Source: Takakia lepidozioides (Eukaryota; Plantae; Bryophyta). From it: a DNA stretch of 64,000 nucleotides. Both the position numbers and the translations under genes were made by a program. Where the stretch lies: positions 47,368,001 to 47,432,000 of the forward strand of contig CM060733.1 of assembly GCA_030704615.1 (NCBI GenBank), written 5' to 3'. Position 1 is the stretch's first letter; each line of letters opens with the position of its first letter. The notes beneath the pieces were generated by a model. That model was given only the letters and a program-made list of their open reading frames with translations. It searched no databases and had not been told where the DNA came from. Positions 1 through 12,973 of this stretch are shown piece after piece.

Positions 1-1401
1 GTCTTCTTCACGGATGTCGGCCCTGGAATTAAGAGTGTCAACATCATAAAAAAAGGCTTTGTGCTCAGCCAAGGAGGAAGGTTGTAGTTCATGAGCAAGA
101 CTGGCCACGTAGACCATTTTGTTGATTTATCACCAAAGGGATTGATACCATCCCATGCCAGACCTAGTCGCAAGTTGCGAGGTTCAGCTGCAAAAGCAGG
201 CCATGTATCGTCAATGTATTTCCATGCAAGGCTGTCAGGCGGGTGTCTCATCTTCCCATCTTGACTTTGGTTCTCCATGTGCCACACCATAAGCTTAGAT
301 ATCTCCTTGCACTTGTACATGCGCTGCAGCCGGGAATCAAGGGGAAATGCCGCAAGACCTTCTGTGGAACCAACGTCTTCATGCCAGGGATGTACCGAGG
401 CGCCCCACATTTAGGGCAAGATGGTGCATCCTGCAGATCTCCCCTGTATAGCACACATCCCTTCTCACAAGCATGGATGCTATCGTAATTAAGCCCAACT
501 TTTGTTATAAGTTTCTTCGCTTCGTAATGAGATTTGGGCAAAAAGTTCCCTTTAGGCAATAGATGTCCGTGAAAAGTTTCAGAAGCTCATCCATCGCTGC
601 GTTTGTGACACCATGAGTAGCACTAACATTGAGCAAAAGCAACGTCGCACTCAAGCAGCTGGTGGGGCAGCCAACATACAGAGGTGTGGTTGCTTGATGC
701 TGAAATTGGAAAGCAGCACCGTCATCCCCATCCCCATGACTTTGTCCATCATGATGGCGCTCGTCTTCTCCAAGCCCTTCATCCTCATTAATGGTGCTTT
801 GCACATTATCTGCAACTGCAAATGTTTCCTGCAACATGCGAATGATGTCGACGTCGGGGTCTAGATTCTCTCCACCACGAACAGGAACAAGGCTAATCTG
901 TCTTTCCACATCATCCTCAGGGGGGCTACGTTCTTCCACAAAGTCTTCGTCTTCGGAGTCGACACTCTCCACCTGCATGTTCACCTGCAAACTATAAGAG
1001 TATAGTCTTGTCCAAAATGTAACGTGTTGCATAAAACAGGGAATCTCCAAATTGACCGTGCTAGTTTCCATACAGTAGTCCACCATACATGTACAGTGGA
1101 GGGCCGTTCAACATTACCATTCTAAGGGCTTCATCCTAAGTTATGTCTGCGAGAAGTGAGGCGAGAGATGCACGTCACTCACCATGGGATAACCCAACAG
1201 TGGATCCCGGTCGTTGGCAAGCAAATGCAATTTGGCAGTTTCCACGAATTGGAGTCGACCCCCATGGCAGTCGTTGCAGGGACACATTATCTTTGAAATA
1301 CCCAGTCTAGTTGCACGTCGTTCCTCGATTTGCCAAAGTCCTGCGTCAGTGTGGGGCACCGCAGTGCGGCGCCGGGTGTTTCTAGTTCCGGCCTCTCTCA
1401 T
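1..1401 (-). CDS. CACTA TnpD-type transposase, 5' part (Transpos_assoc + Transposase_21 regions), 2 apparent frameshifts
   Basis: Exon 1401-1183 (CPCNDC...HLL), intron 1182-985, then exon reading ...LPKGNFLPKSHYEAKK...IHACEKGCVLYRG...CPKCGAPRY...RHFPLIP(R)LQRMY...MRHPPDSLAWK...EPRNLRLGLAWDGINPF...STWPVLLMNYNLPPW. Single-base losses at ~574 (T run on the coding strand) and ~333 (C run). Confidence 0.9.
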
Positions 1402-1627
1402 CCCCCACGAAACGCTTCTGGGTTTGGCTAGTTTTTGAAGTGGGAAGTCAGCGAGTGCTCGGATGTGGGGAACCTACGTTTGTGCTTGCAGGCGTTGGAG
1501 TATTCGTATGGCGGGTCCACCTCCCCTCTGTTTCCTACATGCGCTCCTTCTATTGTTTGATCAGTAGATCATGGTAGTCTTGTTTGAGGTCGATTACTGC
1601 GATTTGAGCGACGAGGAGGAACCCGCC

Positions 1628-4600
1628 ATGGCACGGACACGCAAGGCCTCTACACCCGACACCCCTCCACGCACTGCCTACGAGGAAGAGCGAGAGAGGC
1701 GCATAGCGGCCAACAAGGAGACGTTGGCTCAGCTGAACATTGGGAGCGTTGCGCGCAGGTGAGCAGATCACCCTTGTCCTTAGTATGCATGCTACACAGG
1801 TAGTGAGTAGGGGTTTCCCACCACATTAGCCTACTGCTTTTCCCTCCCATAGGTTTCATGGTGATGGCACTTTCACGATCGCCTTTTGTTTAGGGCAAGA
1901 TTCACACAGGGTTTTGGAAATGTGTGCGCAGCATAGCTAGGAGTGTACAACGGCCAACTAGGAGCTCCAAAGTTGTGTGGAACGGGCCTCCTCGACAAAG
2001 TGGGCGCTTGAAAGAACTAGCATTACCTTCGATGGCGGAGGAAGAGCCCGAGACTCCCCACTCGGTGGGCTCTGAGGCGGAGGAACTCGACGAGCGTGAT
2101 CAGGAGCTCGATGAGGATTACAACATAGATGACGACGACGATTCGGAGGAGGAAATGCACGAGGACATAGAGGAGGACGAGGATGGAGATGATGTGGACA
2201 AGGTATCAGATTTGGAGAACTACATCAGTGGTGCATGTGGACTGACCGAGCCTCCCAATGCAACGCATGCTCCGAGGGCACCAAAACGGCCAGCTCCTCT
2301 TCCACGAGAGGTAAGTGGGCATTTGCTGTACTGATTTCTTAGGTTTGTGGCAGGATTTGCATCTTCTTATTTGTTTTTCCTTTTGGTCCCAGCAGTTTTT
2401 TCCATTTTCCACTAGTAGGATGAAGCACCACTTTCTTGCCCTCTATACCTCATGATACAAGGGTTTATCTACTGTCTATTCCTTGGAACCCAAATCTGTT
2501 ATTAAAGTCTTCTATACATTTTTCCATTTTGTGCCATGATGAGAAATGCAACTCTGCAGATTGCTGACTCCCTCACAGGAGGTTCAAACTTGTGATGGCC
2601 TGTCTTAATACCCAAAAAGCGCAAAGGGGGTTGTGGGAGGGAGGGACCTGCACAGGTAGGGGGCTGCATATTGTGGTGTCATGTTGCAACAAGAAAGAAA
2701 TTGTAGTGGGAGAGGAGGAACCCCCAGGAGCACGATGGTAACCGCCTCATCAGCCAGCCATGTCCGAGAGGGGGCACTCACGACTCTTCCTCCCCCATCT
2801 TCCTGCCCCCTCTATTGTCAAATGTTGATAATATGTGAAGCCATTATCAACCATTATCATATTGTACTCTCATTGATATGTACGATGGTCATTGGGGCCA
2901 GATTGTGCCTACAAGGGATTCCCCAAAGAACCCCGAAAGTGGGTCGAAACATACAAGGAGGACTTTCCCAGTGACGTTTGGCGTGTTCAATGGATCAGAC
3001 CTAAATGCATTTTGGGTGCGATTTCTGCTGCATTCAGTGTATGTATATTATAGAGCGCATTTTTTTGTTGATGTATCCTACATGATGTTCATGCTTTATC
3101 TTCCTACATAACTCTTTCCCACATGTTGATTTGCAGGATCCAGTGAGAAAGAAGAAGGGAGTTGCTCCGGCAGGTGTCTTCAACCATCCCTCCCCACGTC
3201 TTCAACCAACCCCGGATGGAGGAGGCCCTCCCTCCTTTCCACGTAACACTGGTGCGTTTTATCCCCTTGGCATTCAGAGGTATGCACAGTATGAACAACA
3301 GACTGCTCATGTTCCAGCCGCCCCTGAAATTCACCCGCCCTTTTCTCAGTCGTACAATGCAAACAGCCCGTCAGGGGAGAACCGGTCATGTGCAGTTCCG
3401 TGTGGGGCATTTCCGCAAACTGGGGAAGCACAACATGCTCCTGTTCAGCATGGGCACTACCACGAAGGTGTGTGGTACCCTCACCCCAACCCTCCCCCAC
3501 CTGCGCATCCTCCCCAGGCAACGTATCCCAGAAGCCCCATGTATAGTGCGCCGTTGCATGGCCCTTATTCCAGGCAGCCCATAGCTTCACCCAATTGCAA
3601 CGCTTCGCGGCCTCTTCAATTCCCAAGCTCACCAGCTCCGAGCACATGTTATGTTCCTGCCCACCCCACACCCCACCTTGGTGCGTGGCAGGGTTCATGT
3701 CCGCCCGAAGGGCCCCATGTTGCAGGTTGTGAGGGAGGAGAGGAGGCCCGTGATTCCAATATGACTCCAAATGCGCAACATTTGACTGGCAAGGACAGAG
3801 CCAATTTTTTGCGCAAGGCGAGGAGAGTAGCACGGCAAGGGTTGAAGGAAACGTCTTGTGCAAATGTAGCTGCTGGGCAAAAGAGATTCATAGTTGCGTG
3901 TGGCAAAAAGGGCCCATGCGGGGATGCACGGAATGACTGGCTGGCAGCCCTGCGAGGGCAATGCCAACGTGTGCTGGACTGTTCTGTGCCCATCCATCTT
4001 CAACCTCAAAGTCTGATTGACAAGGTGGGTGAACTATTAGCAGATGATTGGGAATATTTACCTCCTGGGATAACTGGCGCCCAACTTCGAACTGAGATTG
4101 GAGGCGTCATTAAATACCAGCGCATCAAACTGTTTAGAAAAGTGTACTCTCGTGGCAAACCTAAGCCCCACTATGTTGCGGACAAGACTTGGGCAGAACT
4201 TGTGAGGCATTGGAACATGCCCGAATGGCAAAAGAGTCGTGATAATGGCAAGCATGCACGGGGGCATGTTGGTGCCCCTTCGAGATTTGGACGCAGTGGC
4301 CTTAGCGGCGTTGAGGAACGTCTGGTAAATCTGCATGTCTCATGACATTGCCAATATATTCAAGTAGTGAGGTGTCTTGTCATTTGTATCTTACTCTTAG
4401 AGGATGGCACTAATATTCCCATATCCTGTCCATGTGTAGGCTAAGACAAGTGGTCGTCCTCCACTTCTATCCGAAATTTCGGGGAGCAAGAATAGCAACA
4501 AGGGGTATGGTTCTGATTCAGCAGGGGCCACCCGATCTGTAAGTAACTAACCCACCTGCATTTGTTGCAATGATGTGCTTGTCAATTATTTATGGTTTTG

Positions 4601-5897
4601 CCTTCCTGTGTTGTTGTCCAATAAATTACCTCGCATGGCTAGTGCGATAGATGTATTGAATCGTATTTGCACTCTTTTTGTGGCAGGGCCTTGGAGCATT
4701 GGCTTCTCGGCTTGATGGCTTGGAAGGATGGAAACATACAATGGAGGCCAGCTCAATGGAGCACAAATTGGAATTGCAGGTAGTGAAATCCATGTTTGCC
4801 GCTGCAGTATCTAAGACAGACAAGTTCAACATGGCATTGGCAGCGAAGCTCGGTTTGGACCTGCCGAGGGATGAATCTCCATCAACATCAAACATTGTGT
4901 GTGAGTTGTCGCCCCCTGTTCATGGTGTTGTCCCACCTGCGACTACTGTGGAAATGACAAGTACAGGTGAGCAGCCTCCTAGCAGTGGAGGCAGTGGACA
5001 AAGGAAAGGGGGCAGTATTGTGGAAGAAGATGCCACAGGTGAGGACAAAGTTCAGAACATGGCATGTGACGATCCTTGCCTTAATTATGGTGCCAATGAT
5101 GACCTATCCCCCCTTATTGAGAAGGGAGTGCCTGTACTAGAGGATCACACCGGCAGTGAACTTAGACAGAGTGCCCAAGACATAGGGGCAAGGGCTAAGG
5201 GCACAGGAGTGGTTATTGTTGGGGCAGGGAAGAACATTGATTCAACAACAAAATTGGCCATTGTACGGAAGGTAAGTACTCGTGTTCCTATATTCTTGTG
5301 CTGTTCCAAGTCGATTATGCAATACCTGCAGGCCGTTCATGACTTCTATGTACATGTGTGGGTTTCTATTGATTCAGAAGCCACCAAAGGAAATTGTTGC
5401 GGTGAATATGAGGAAGAAGTCCGCAAGACTTGCTGCTAGCAACGTTGATGGGAGCCGTATGGGAAGCTTCAAAGCGCCGGCACCTGTTGTAAGTTTTCCT
5501 TCGTGGAAGTACATCCGTATTTTGTTTGTATGGCTATATGATGGCATCTCGCGTTTTCCCTGTCCATAACTGTTGCATGTGCATAACAAATGACAAGGGC
5601 ACACATTGGTGGTGTTGGCTGTCCCAGTTTCAGGTTGGTGACAAGGTCACAATGTTTGACCCCAATGCACCCAAACGGAAGGCAGGCGTGGGCCATATAT
5701 TGGGCATGTCGACTGACTGGCTGGCTTATGTCGTTCATGCCGATTATCATGTTGTCTCGGTTGAATCAGTACATGGGGCAGATGTTGCTCTACCATACCC
5801 CAACAATGATGTTAGGCCTCCCATTGTGATGCTCAGTGACACTGTAGGCAGCACGGCCCTGTGGTCTGCCAAGTTCCTCAAACTGACCCGAACATGA
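1628..5897 (+). CDS. CACTA TnpA-like accessory protein (PTTA/Transposase_24-like + C-terminal Tnp1-like domain), 7 exons, apparently intact
   Basis: GT-AG exons 1628-1758, 1932-2310, 3137-4324, 4440-4538, 4687-5271, 5378-5488, 5628-5897 join in frame. Motif WAELVRHWNMPEWQKSRDNGKHARGHVGAPSRFGRSG resembles PTTA. The last exon (VVSVESVHGADVALPYP...LSDTVGSTALWS) resembles the Tnp1-type C-terminus. An alternative ATG lies at 1571. Confidence 0.75.
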
Positions 5898-6500
5898 GGT
5901 TGTGGGGGATCCTCAATTTGAAGGCAATTTTGACTGAACGCCACTTCATATCGATTTCACCTTTTTTTCGTTATTGTGCGCATCAATGTAGGATTTGGGT
6001 ACATTGTGGTGTTGTGATCATCAGTGCAGACTCTGCAATACTTGCATGTTCAGACTAAACTTTATTTGGACAATGAAGGGCGCACCCAACTTTGAAGCAC
6101 CCTTGCATCTGGTCATTCTTTTTGTTGTTCTGGCCATGCTTAGTCAATTGTACATGTCATGAGCAGGTTGTTGCCGCAGTGCTTTGGAATTGTGTTTATG
6201 TATATGAGACATATTTCACATGGACTGTGAAACTGACAGTGTGGACAGTATCACGATTTGTGATATGATCATGATACCTATGGAATAATTGTGCACACCA
6301 TGACGTCACAAATATGTGAAATCAACCGTAGCTTGCCTGTGGCATCTTCCACATTTTTGTGGAATGACCTACAACATCAGCAGTAGAATATTTCAGACCC
6401 ATTATGGTATGCTCCTGTGGCTATGTGGAATGACCTACAGTATAGGCAGTAAAATACTACACACCCACTCCATGCAGATTACGCCACGTGCCGTGCTCTC

Positions 6501-6937
6501 CAAAATACACGCGTTGCCCATACCGTTGCCCACATGTCGTCAAGCCCAGGTAACAGGGTGTCGCATCATTTTCCCGTAGGTGTGGACAAGTCCACACCCT
6601 TTGTACGTTTAGGATCCACGTGGCGGTGTTTGCCACGGAACACGTGGCCCCCAAACTTGCTAAAGCTGTGAAAATAGCCAGTGGATGGTCTCACACCGAA
6701 TGGCTTTTTTCACACCCACATGCCACGCCAGATGTCCGCTCCACATAAGTGCACATCGCCTCTTTGTCTCCATACACGTGTCATCCCCACAAAAATACAC
6801 GTGTTACACACACCGTTGCCCAGATGTCGTGAAACCCTGGTGACAGGCAGTCGCATGGTTTTCCCGTAGGTGTGGACAAGTCCACACCTTTGTACATCTA
6901 CGATCCACGTGGCGGTGTTCGCCAAAGCACACGTCGC
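6501..6937. repeat. Subterminal direct repeat (~150 bp, two copies at ~6501-6648 and ~6791-6937) of CACTA element 1
   Basis: Both copies share AAAATACAC...CCGTTGCCCA.ATGTCGT...TTTTCCCGTAGGTGTGGACAAGTCCACACC...GATCCACGTGGCGGTGTT. Confidence 0.85.
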
Positions 6938-7115
6938 TCGTGGAAAAAGCCATGAACCCCGTGAAAAAGGCCACCCGTGGACTTTTCCACAGGGCCACCC
7001 GAGAGCCAGGCCGTCCACGGGGTGTCCAAAAGCACTCGTCGTTTCTTACACCCACGGCAGGTGTGGACTGGGGTGGATTCCACGGAAAAAAATGTGAAAA
7101 AAACCGTGGAAAAAG

Positions 7116-7133
7116 CCGTTTTTTCTTCTAGTG
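7116..7133 (-). repeat. CACTA terminal inverted repeat
   Basis: The minus strand reads CACTAGAAGAAAAAACGG, close to the En/Spm consensus CACTACAAGAAAA. Confidence 0.85.
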
Positions 7134-9151
7134 CATCTTTTGCAGATTAAGTCGAGCCAGGCGGGGGCTCCTTCGCACCGTGGGGCTGGAATGTGCAGAA
7201 GTGGGTGGAGGTGATGCTGCCTCGGCGGTCAAGCGCTTCTTACTAGGCGTGGACATAGACCATGACAAAGATAAAGACGAGCGAGGAGATAGACCATGAC
7301 CAAGACAAAGAGGAGCGAGGAAGACCAAGACATGCAAAGGAGGAAAGAAGGACAAGGAGGGTAGTGTGATCAGACACCCCCCCGATCTGTAGTGAAGATC
7401 CGGCCGTTGTTGATTTCAAATAGGAACACGTGTCGTGCATCTGACACTATGGCCTTTTCGACTTTGAGACATTTCAAAATAACCACTTACAATCCTCCAG
7501 ACAACTAGATGTAGTGATTCACACAACTGACATGGATCCGTTAACTTTATTTCGTTCAAAATTAGGTGAAGGAAACACACTGCAATGATGCCGTGTATGG
7601 CTCCGCTTTACATGCATTCTTGGAGAAAATGCGCATGATGTGTGAGAAGTGAATACAGTGCTCTGCCAAATGATTAAGCAAAAACAAACTCAACTGTAGT
7701 GGTTCTCCCATCGCAGAGAAGGGTCCATCTGACACCCATCGCATCATGCCAGGTTGAGGTCCTCACACACACACCTGCACACCGAGAATTTGCGAACCCA
7801 CATTAGCTGGGAGAACATGGAAATTACCCCGTGGATCACATGCAAGCATGAATGAGAAATAGAAGGAGAATTGCATGGGAGATTTTGGTGTACCTGCGCG
7901 ACATGCAACTCTGTCTACATACTCCATAAGTCACTGTCCCAAGACCCAAGTGGATAGGGGAGGCCGGTGAGTCTGTACCACAAATGGTAATCATACAACA
8001 GAGGGTACTGCTGCCCAACGTGCAAAAGCCGCCGGCTGCAGGATGCTAGGCATGCGAACTCCGGCACAGCACGCCTCCTCTGCACCCCACTCCGTCCCAA
8101 CCAGTGCAAAACAACCGTGCATGCATTGACTGCCGTCTGGCTTTCTCTCCAAGCATTTGGGGGTCTGCGATCTGCTACACGTAAGTGTCTTTGAAGGCGA
8201 CGATCAAAGGATCCGGTCACTTGCAATTGCCGTTTCAAGGGCAGCATTGCAAGAATCACAATTAAGTTAGAAAGATGGTGGAAGAAGCTGCAAACTGCAA
8301 ATGAGTGAAGCGGCAGGGCGATGCTCCATTCTTAACATGCTCCCCTTCCTGCCATGGTGAAGAGCCACACAAATGGACTCCTTTCCCGCCACGGTGCAAT
8401 TTCAAGGCAACGGAACGGGATTGTCCGCCGAAACGTGATTTGGAGATCGCGGCCGAATCCGTGATGGAATTCGACCTTCCAATACATGATTCCTCAATCC
8501 GTCTCGCTCTTCCGCTGAGGGTGACATTGGGCGAACTACCCCTTGCTACAAACTTTTGATCGTAATGTGATTTTGAGAGACGAATCGATACAGCCGGAAA
8601 TTGTGCAGATGATGACCGCCGATAAGTGGAGTTCACTCATTATGGTTTAAGACAAGTGGCGCAGGTTCTGGCCTTGTAGTCGGGTTGTTCACACTTCAAT
8701 GCACACATTTCATACACATTCAACCATATGCCCAAGATCACAACGTCCTGAATCATGAAAATTGAAATTCCACGTACGTCACACACACACGAACTGTAGA
8801 GACAAGTGGTTTTCCAGGATGTCGTTGTTTGAGTCGATTTTGGTCATTTCTCTCAGTGTTTTGTTGAAAAGATTCTAGTTCTAATGGGAAGCATCTTGAT
8901 GGCTTTTAAATGGTTTGCTGTTGAGTGTAACTTTCCATCATGTTCTGGAATCTACCAGTTGGTATAAAATGTCAACTGTCTTCTCTGCCAAAGGATGTGC
9001 GGCTAAACCTTTCAAATTGAGATTGCAGGAGGAGGGAATTGACGGTAGTGAAATGGGAGTGGTAGAGCCAAATTGAGGAGTCTTTACAAAGGAGAATCCG
9101 GCCCCCTGCAACGGCGTGCACAAACTGCATTGAAGAGGCTCCCCAACAAAA

Positions 9152-11296
9152 ATGAGTTCCCCTCGCCCATGCGGAGGACTTCCAATTAATCACCCCTGTA
9201 GACAGAACACCCGAGATGACAGGTTGTGGGAAAGAGAAGTGGCACGTGCCCGAGCCCTTGGGCTTTCAAGGATGCCATGCCCATGTGAACGTTGTTTGGG
9301 CACTACAAGTAGATCTGAGGACGGTGTGCGCACACATCTCCTTCACCACAAAAGACATGAAGCATTTCGGGTGTGGATTGGAGATGGACCTGCAGACGAG
9401 CAGCATCATACGTCCTGACCAAATCAGAGCAAGAGCATTTTTTGAAGACATTGGGAGCCATGAAAGTGCCAACCGGATTCTCGGGTGCTTTCCAAAAGCA
9501 TGCCATAAACAAGAAATGGTCGGGGATGAAGTCACATGATCTACACGTGATGATGCAGCAGATTTTGCCAGTGTGCATTCGGGGTACGATGGTGCCGGGT
9601 CCTCGAATAGCCATAATGCGTGTAAGTCGAGTGTTTAGGAAGATTTGTGCGAAGGTGTGGGATCCGAGGGACATTACATCGTTGCATGAGGATGTGGCTA
9701 TGACCCTATGTTTGCTGGAGAAAGAATTCCCTCCATCATTCTTTGACGTCATGACGCACTTGCTAGTGCATCTTGTAGAGGAGCTGCATGTGTGTGGGCC
9801 CGTAGCCAGCCGTTGGATGTACCCCATGGAGAGGTACATGAAGGATATGAAGGGGTATGTACGCAACATGGCATGGCCAGAGGGGAGTATGGCGGAGGGC
9901 TACATCTGCGACGAAGCCCTGGGCTTCATGACAGAGTATATGTCTTCATTTGATGCAACACAACGACGGGTGTGGGACGAGAACGAGGAAGAAGGAGTTG
10001 TAGGCGAGGTCCTAGAAGGTGGTGGAACAAAGCGTGCCATGAGCCCGCGCCTTCGGGATGTGGCACATAATTATGTGCTGAACAACACAACAACCATGAC
10101 ACCATGAAGACAGTGGGTGTAAACTTACATCCCTCCTGTGCTATTCTTAATGGTCTTAGTATGCTGGAATTACATGTATATTGTCACAAGTCATTCCGGC
10201 CACTATGGGAGTGGGATCGTGTACTAACAGGGTGCTTCAGACGACTACAGAGGGTGTTTCGTAGTTGGTGTTGTTGCTTGCAAGTGATTATGAAGTAGGC
10301 TGCATCACTACAGTGTGCTTGAAAGGACACAATCTACATGTGGCATGCATGTACAGTACGGTGTTGGTCAGGGGGACTGAGTTGCAGCTTCTATTTGGTT
10401 TCTGCCAGAAAGTACGCAGCGGAGAAGGTCCGCCTGAAAACGGAACGGAGTGCATTTGCAAAAGCATGGCGGAGGGGCGGTCGTAGGCGCAGATCCCCGG
10501 TGGAGTACCCCACAACAATGGAGGAGCTGCAGCCCCTTTACAGTGTGGGTCAGATCTGCAATTGCAGTGTACACATCAGAGAACGAGGACCCAGATGAGG
10601 GCATGGTGAGTCTGTCATTCCCCCCAGGGCTGATTGCCACTTCGTACCGGTCAATGAAAGCATATGGCAATCATTATAGAGTGGACGATGCCAACACCAG
10701 CCTCCTGGTGACTTATGACAGCGGAGTGGCATCATTTTTTGAACAAGAGAGTAGGAGCTGTGCACGAGATCGGAATCCAATTTCATGCCCTGTGCAATAT
10801 GTAGGAGTCATCAAAGAGATCCTTAAACTAGACTATGGTCTTGTGAAGCCAATTCTATTCCGTTGTTCTTGGGTAAAAGCCAATATGGTAGGAGAGAATG
10901 CCACCATGAAACGGGATGAGTACGGGTTCCTCCTTGCTGATTTCAGAAAAATGCTACCACAAGATGAAGAGCCATTCATCTTCCCATCACAAGTTGAGCA
11001 AGTTTTCTTTTCAGATAACACCCATGCGCCGGGATGGAAGGTGGTTTCTTCACAAGGACCCCCGGGCCAAACGAGTCGTGGCCGACGTCCATGATCTGGA
11101 CCTAGGGGAGAATGCCGACCACGAGGGTCTGAGGGAACCACAAAATCTACCAGATACGGCCGAACCAGTCTCTTTGGAAGGAGCAGTTACTTTTAATGAG
11201 GAAGACATTCTAGGGTTGGTAATTACCGCAAGGCAAATTGCAGATGTGGGCAGTGAAGGGGAAGATTCTTTGGATACAGATAGTGAGCCCAGCTGA
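9152..11296 (+). pseudogene. CACTA TnpD-type transposase, element 2, internally deleted (Transpos_assoc fused to DUF4218/DUF4216)
   Basis: CPCERC...HLL N-terminus jumps at ~9398 to KSHDLHVMMQ...LEKEFPPSFFDVMTHLLVHL...RWMYPMERYMK...PEGSMAEGY (DUF4218-like), then YDSGVA...YVGVIKEILKLDY...LFRCSW...DEYGF...DEEPFIFPSQVEQVFF...GWKVV (DUF4216-like). Stop at ~10105 and frameshifts at ~10535 and ~11047. Confidence 0.9.
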
Positions 11297-12202
11297 ATCT
11301 CAGTGTCCATTAAGCTGGCAGCTCGTAGACGAGAGCTGTGCTAATGACTCTTACTGTCCTTAGAACCCATTTTGTACAGTCCTGCAAGCGCGCAAGGGCG
11401 AGACAGTTAATAGTATCGATAATGTCCCGGAATGTGGTCCGTATTGTCTTGTGAACAAACCTATATTTACAGTATGATTGTAGTTCAGAACCAAAGGGCA
11501 TATCCTTCAGCCTTGACGTCTTTGCGATCTTCTTCTGTGACGCCTTCTTCATAGCTTGAGAAATGGAAAAGCAGCTACACCTCAAATTATTGCAAGGCCA
11601 CTCAATGGCACTAAGAACGTTTCGAGCATGTTGTCAGAAAACTAGACGGGCAAAAACCCAATTCAGCAGCCTCACCTTGCGTGGATACTTGGGAATTGAT
11701 ACCAGAAGGGCATGCCCGTATGCGCGCTCTATCGTGCCTCCATCCAGCACATTCTGTAAATGTTGAATGACCAAGACCCCGATGTTCCACCCTTCTGAGA
11801 AGCCACTACGCGCGCTCACAGTATACGAAGGCCTTGTCGTGTCAGGATTCGCATTCCCACGTCCCGCCATGTCCGACGAAGCACTTGCATCCCTGTCTCT
11901 GCCAGGTGGAGGCAGCACATATTACAATATCTATTCCCCCAAGGCCACATTTGGTTTACCTCTTTTTGTGAAAGCCACGTCAGCAAATGTGCTGCCGAAT
12001 CATGGGTGCAATGAATGCGCAGTGGTTCATGGAGTCGTTGAGTCGACTACATATTCACTTTAATGAATAAATATCTTTATTCTATTAATCGAATTAGGAA
12101 AGGAAATTTGTAGTCGCATGTGCAGTAATTACAACCACTTATAATTTTGGCTTTTTCAAATTTTATGTATTTACGCAATTTGTAAAATAACCCGGAATTC
12201 TG

Positions 12203-12973
12203 CTACGACTCCGGAGTCGTTGACCCCACTTCTGTCCGCCGTCTGAAATGCCCCCGTGGGCCCACATTGTCTGTTTCGACTCTCCAGTAGTCTCGTTTAC
12301 TACCAAGTGGTTCCCGGAGTGGTTGCGGACATGCAGTCGATTCGGAAAAGACACGAATGCTTCTAGTGGCACCTTTAGAACTGGTACCACTTGCAGAAGT
12401 ACCGGCACTACTTGTTCCACTACTAGTGCTGGCAGTGGGAGATATTGGTGCTGATGTAGCTACTGGTCGCGTCGTGCCTAGAGTAATGGAGACGTAGTCA
12501 GGTGACCAATATATCCTCCACTCCTCAATCTCTACTTCATGTCCTCGCCTGAACTTGTGGTAATCGTCCATAGGCGGGCCTTCCAAATGCTGGAATAGTC
12601 CCTTCCACGCCATGAATGGGGTGAACAGTTGTGGATTGCGCATCTGCTGCAAATCACACCAGCTGTCAAACTCCTGGATAAAGTCATCCAGCTCGATTGT
12701 ACCCACAGCTCCAGAGTACCTACGAGGCCCCTTGGTAGCTCCATACATCTCCTCCATGTCGTCCCACAACAATGGCGAAGGAAACTGCACACCTGTTGAT
12801 GAAGCCTCCGAGTCTGTGTCAGACTCTGCACTAGTTGAGGGTGGAGGTGAAGGTGGTCTGAACCGAACACCTCGTCTTGTGAACCCACTCTCACTGCTAC
12901 TGCCTGTAGCCGTACTCCCCTCAAAACCTTTGGGTAACTGCGTGATGATACTCACAACCCGCACCTCCCCCAC
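12203..12973 (-). mobile_element. Ty3/gypsy-like gag fragment (3'-truncated)
   Basis: RRYSGAVGTIELDDFIQEFDSWCD...LFQHLEGPPMDDY resembles the Retrotrans_gag N-terminal pattern (F/Y.G....DF...F.....L.G.A..WY). No pol follows. Confidence 0.55.

Larger units (their letters stand above)
1..7133. mobile_element. CACTA (En/Spm) DNA transposon, element 1; left part runs off the window
   Basis: Ends in ...CCGTTTTTTCTTCTAGTG at 7133 (reverse complement CACTAGAAGAAAAAACGG, a CACTA-type TIR). Dense CCACGG/CCGTGG subterminal motifs at ~6480-7120. Contains TnpD-like and TnpA-like genes. The flanking 3 bp (CAT) would be the TSD. Confidence 0.9.

Noticed and set aside
6316-7131. Many overlapping short ORFs; CRISPR-like repeat array
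   Set aside because: These are CACTA subterminal repeats in a eukaryotic genome, with no constant repeat-spacer periodicity.
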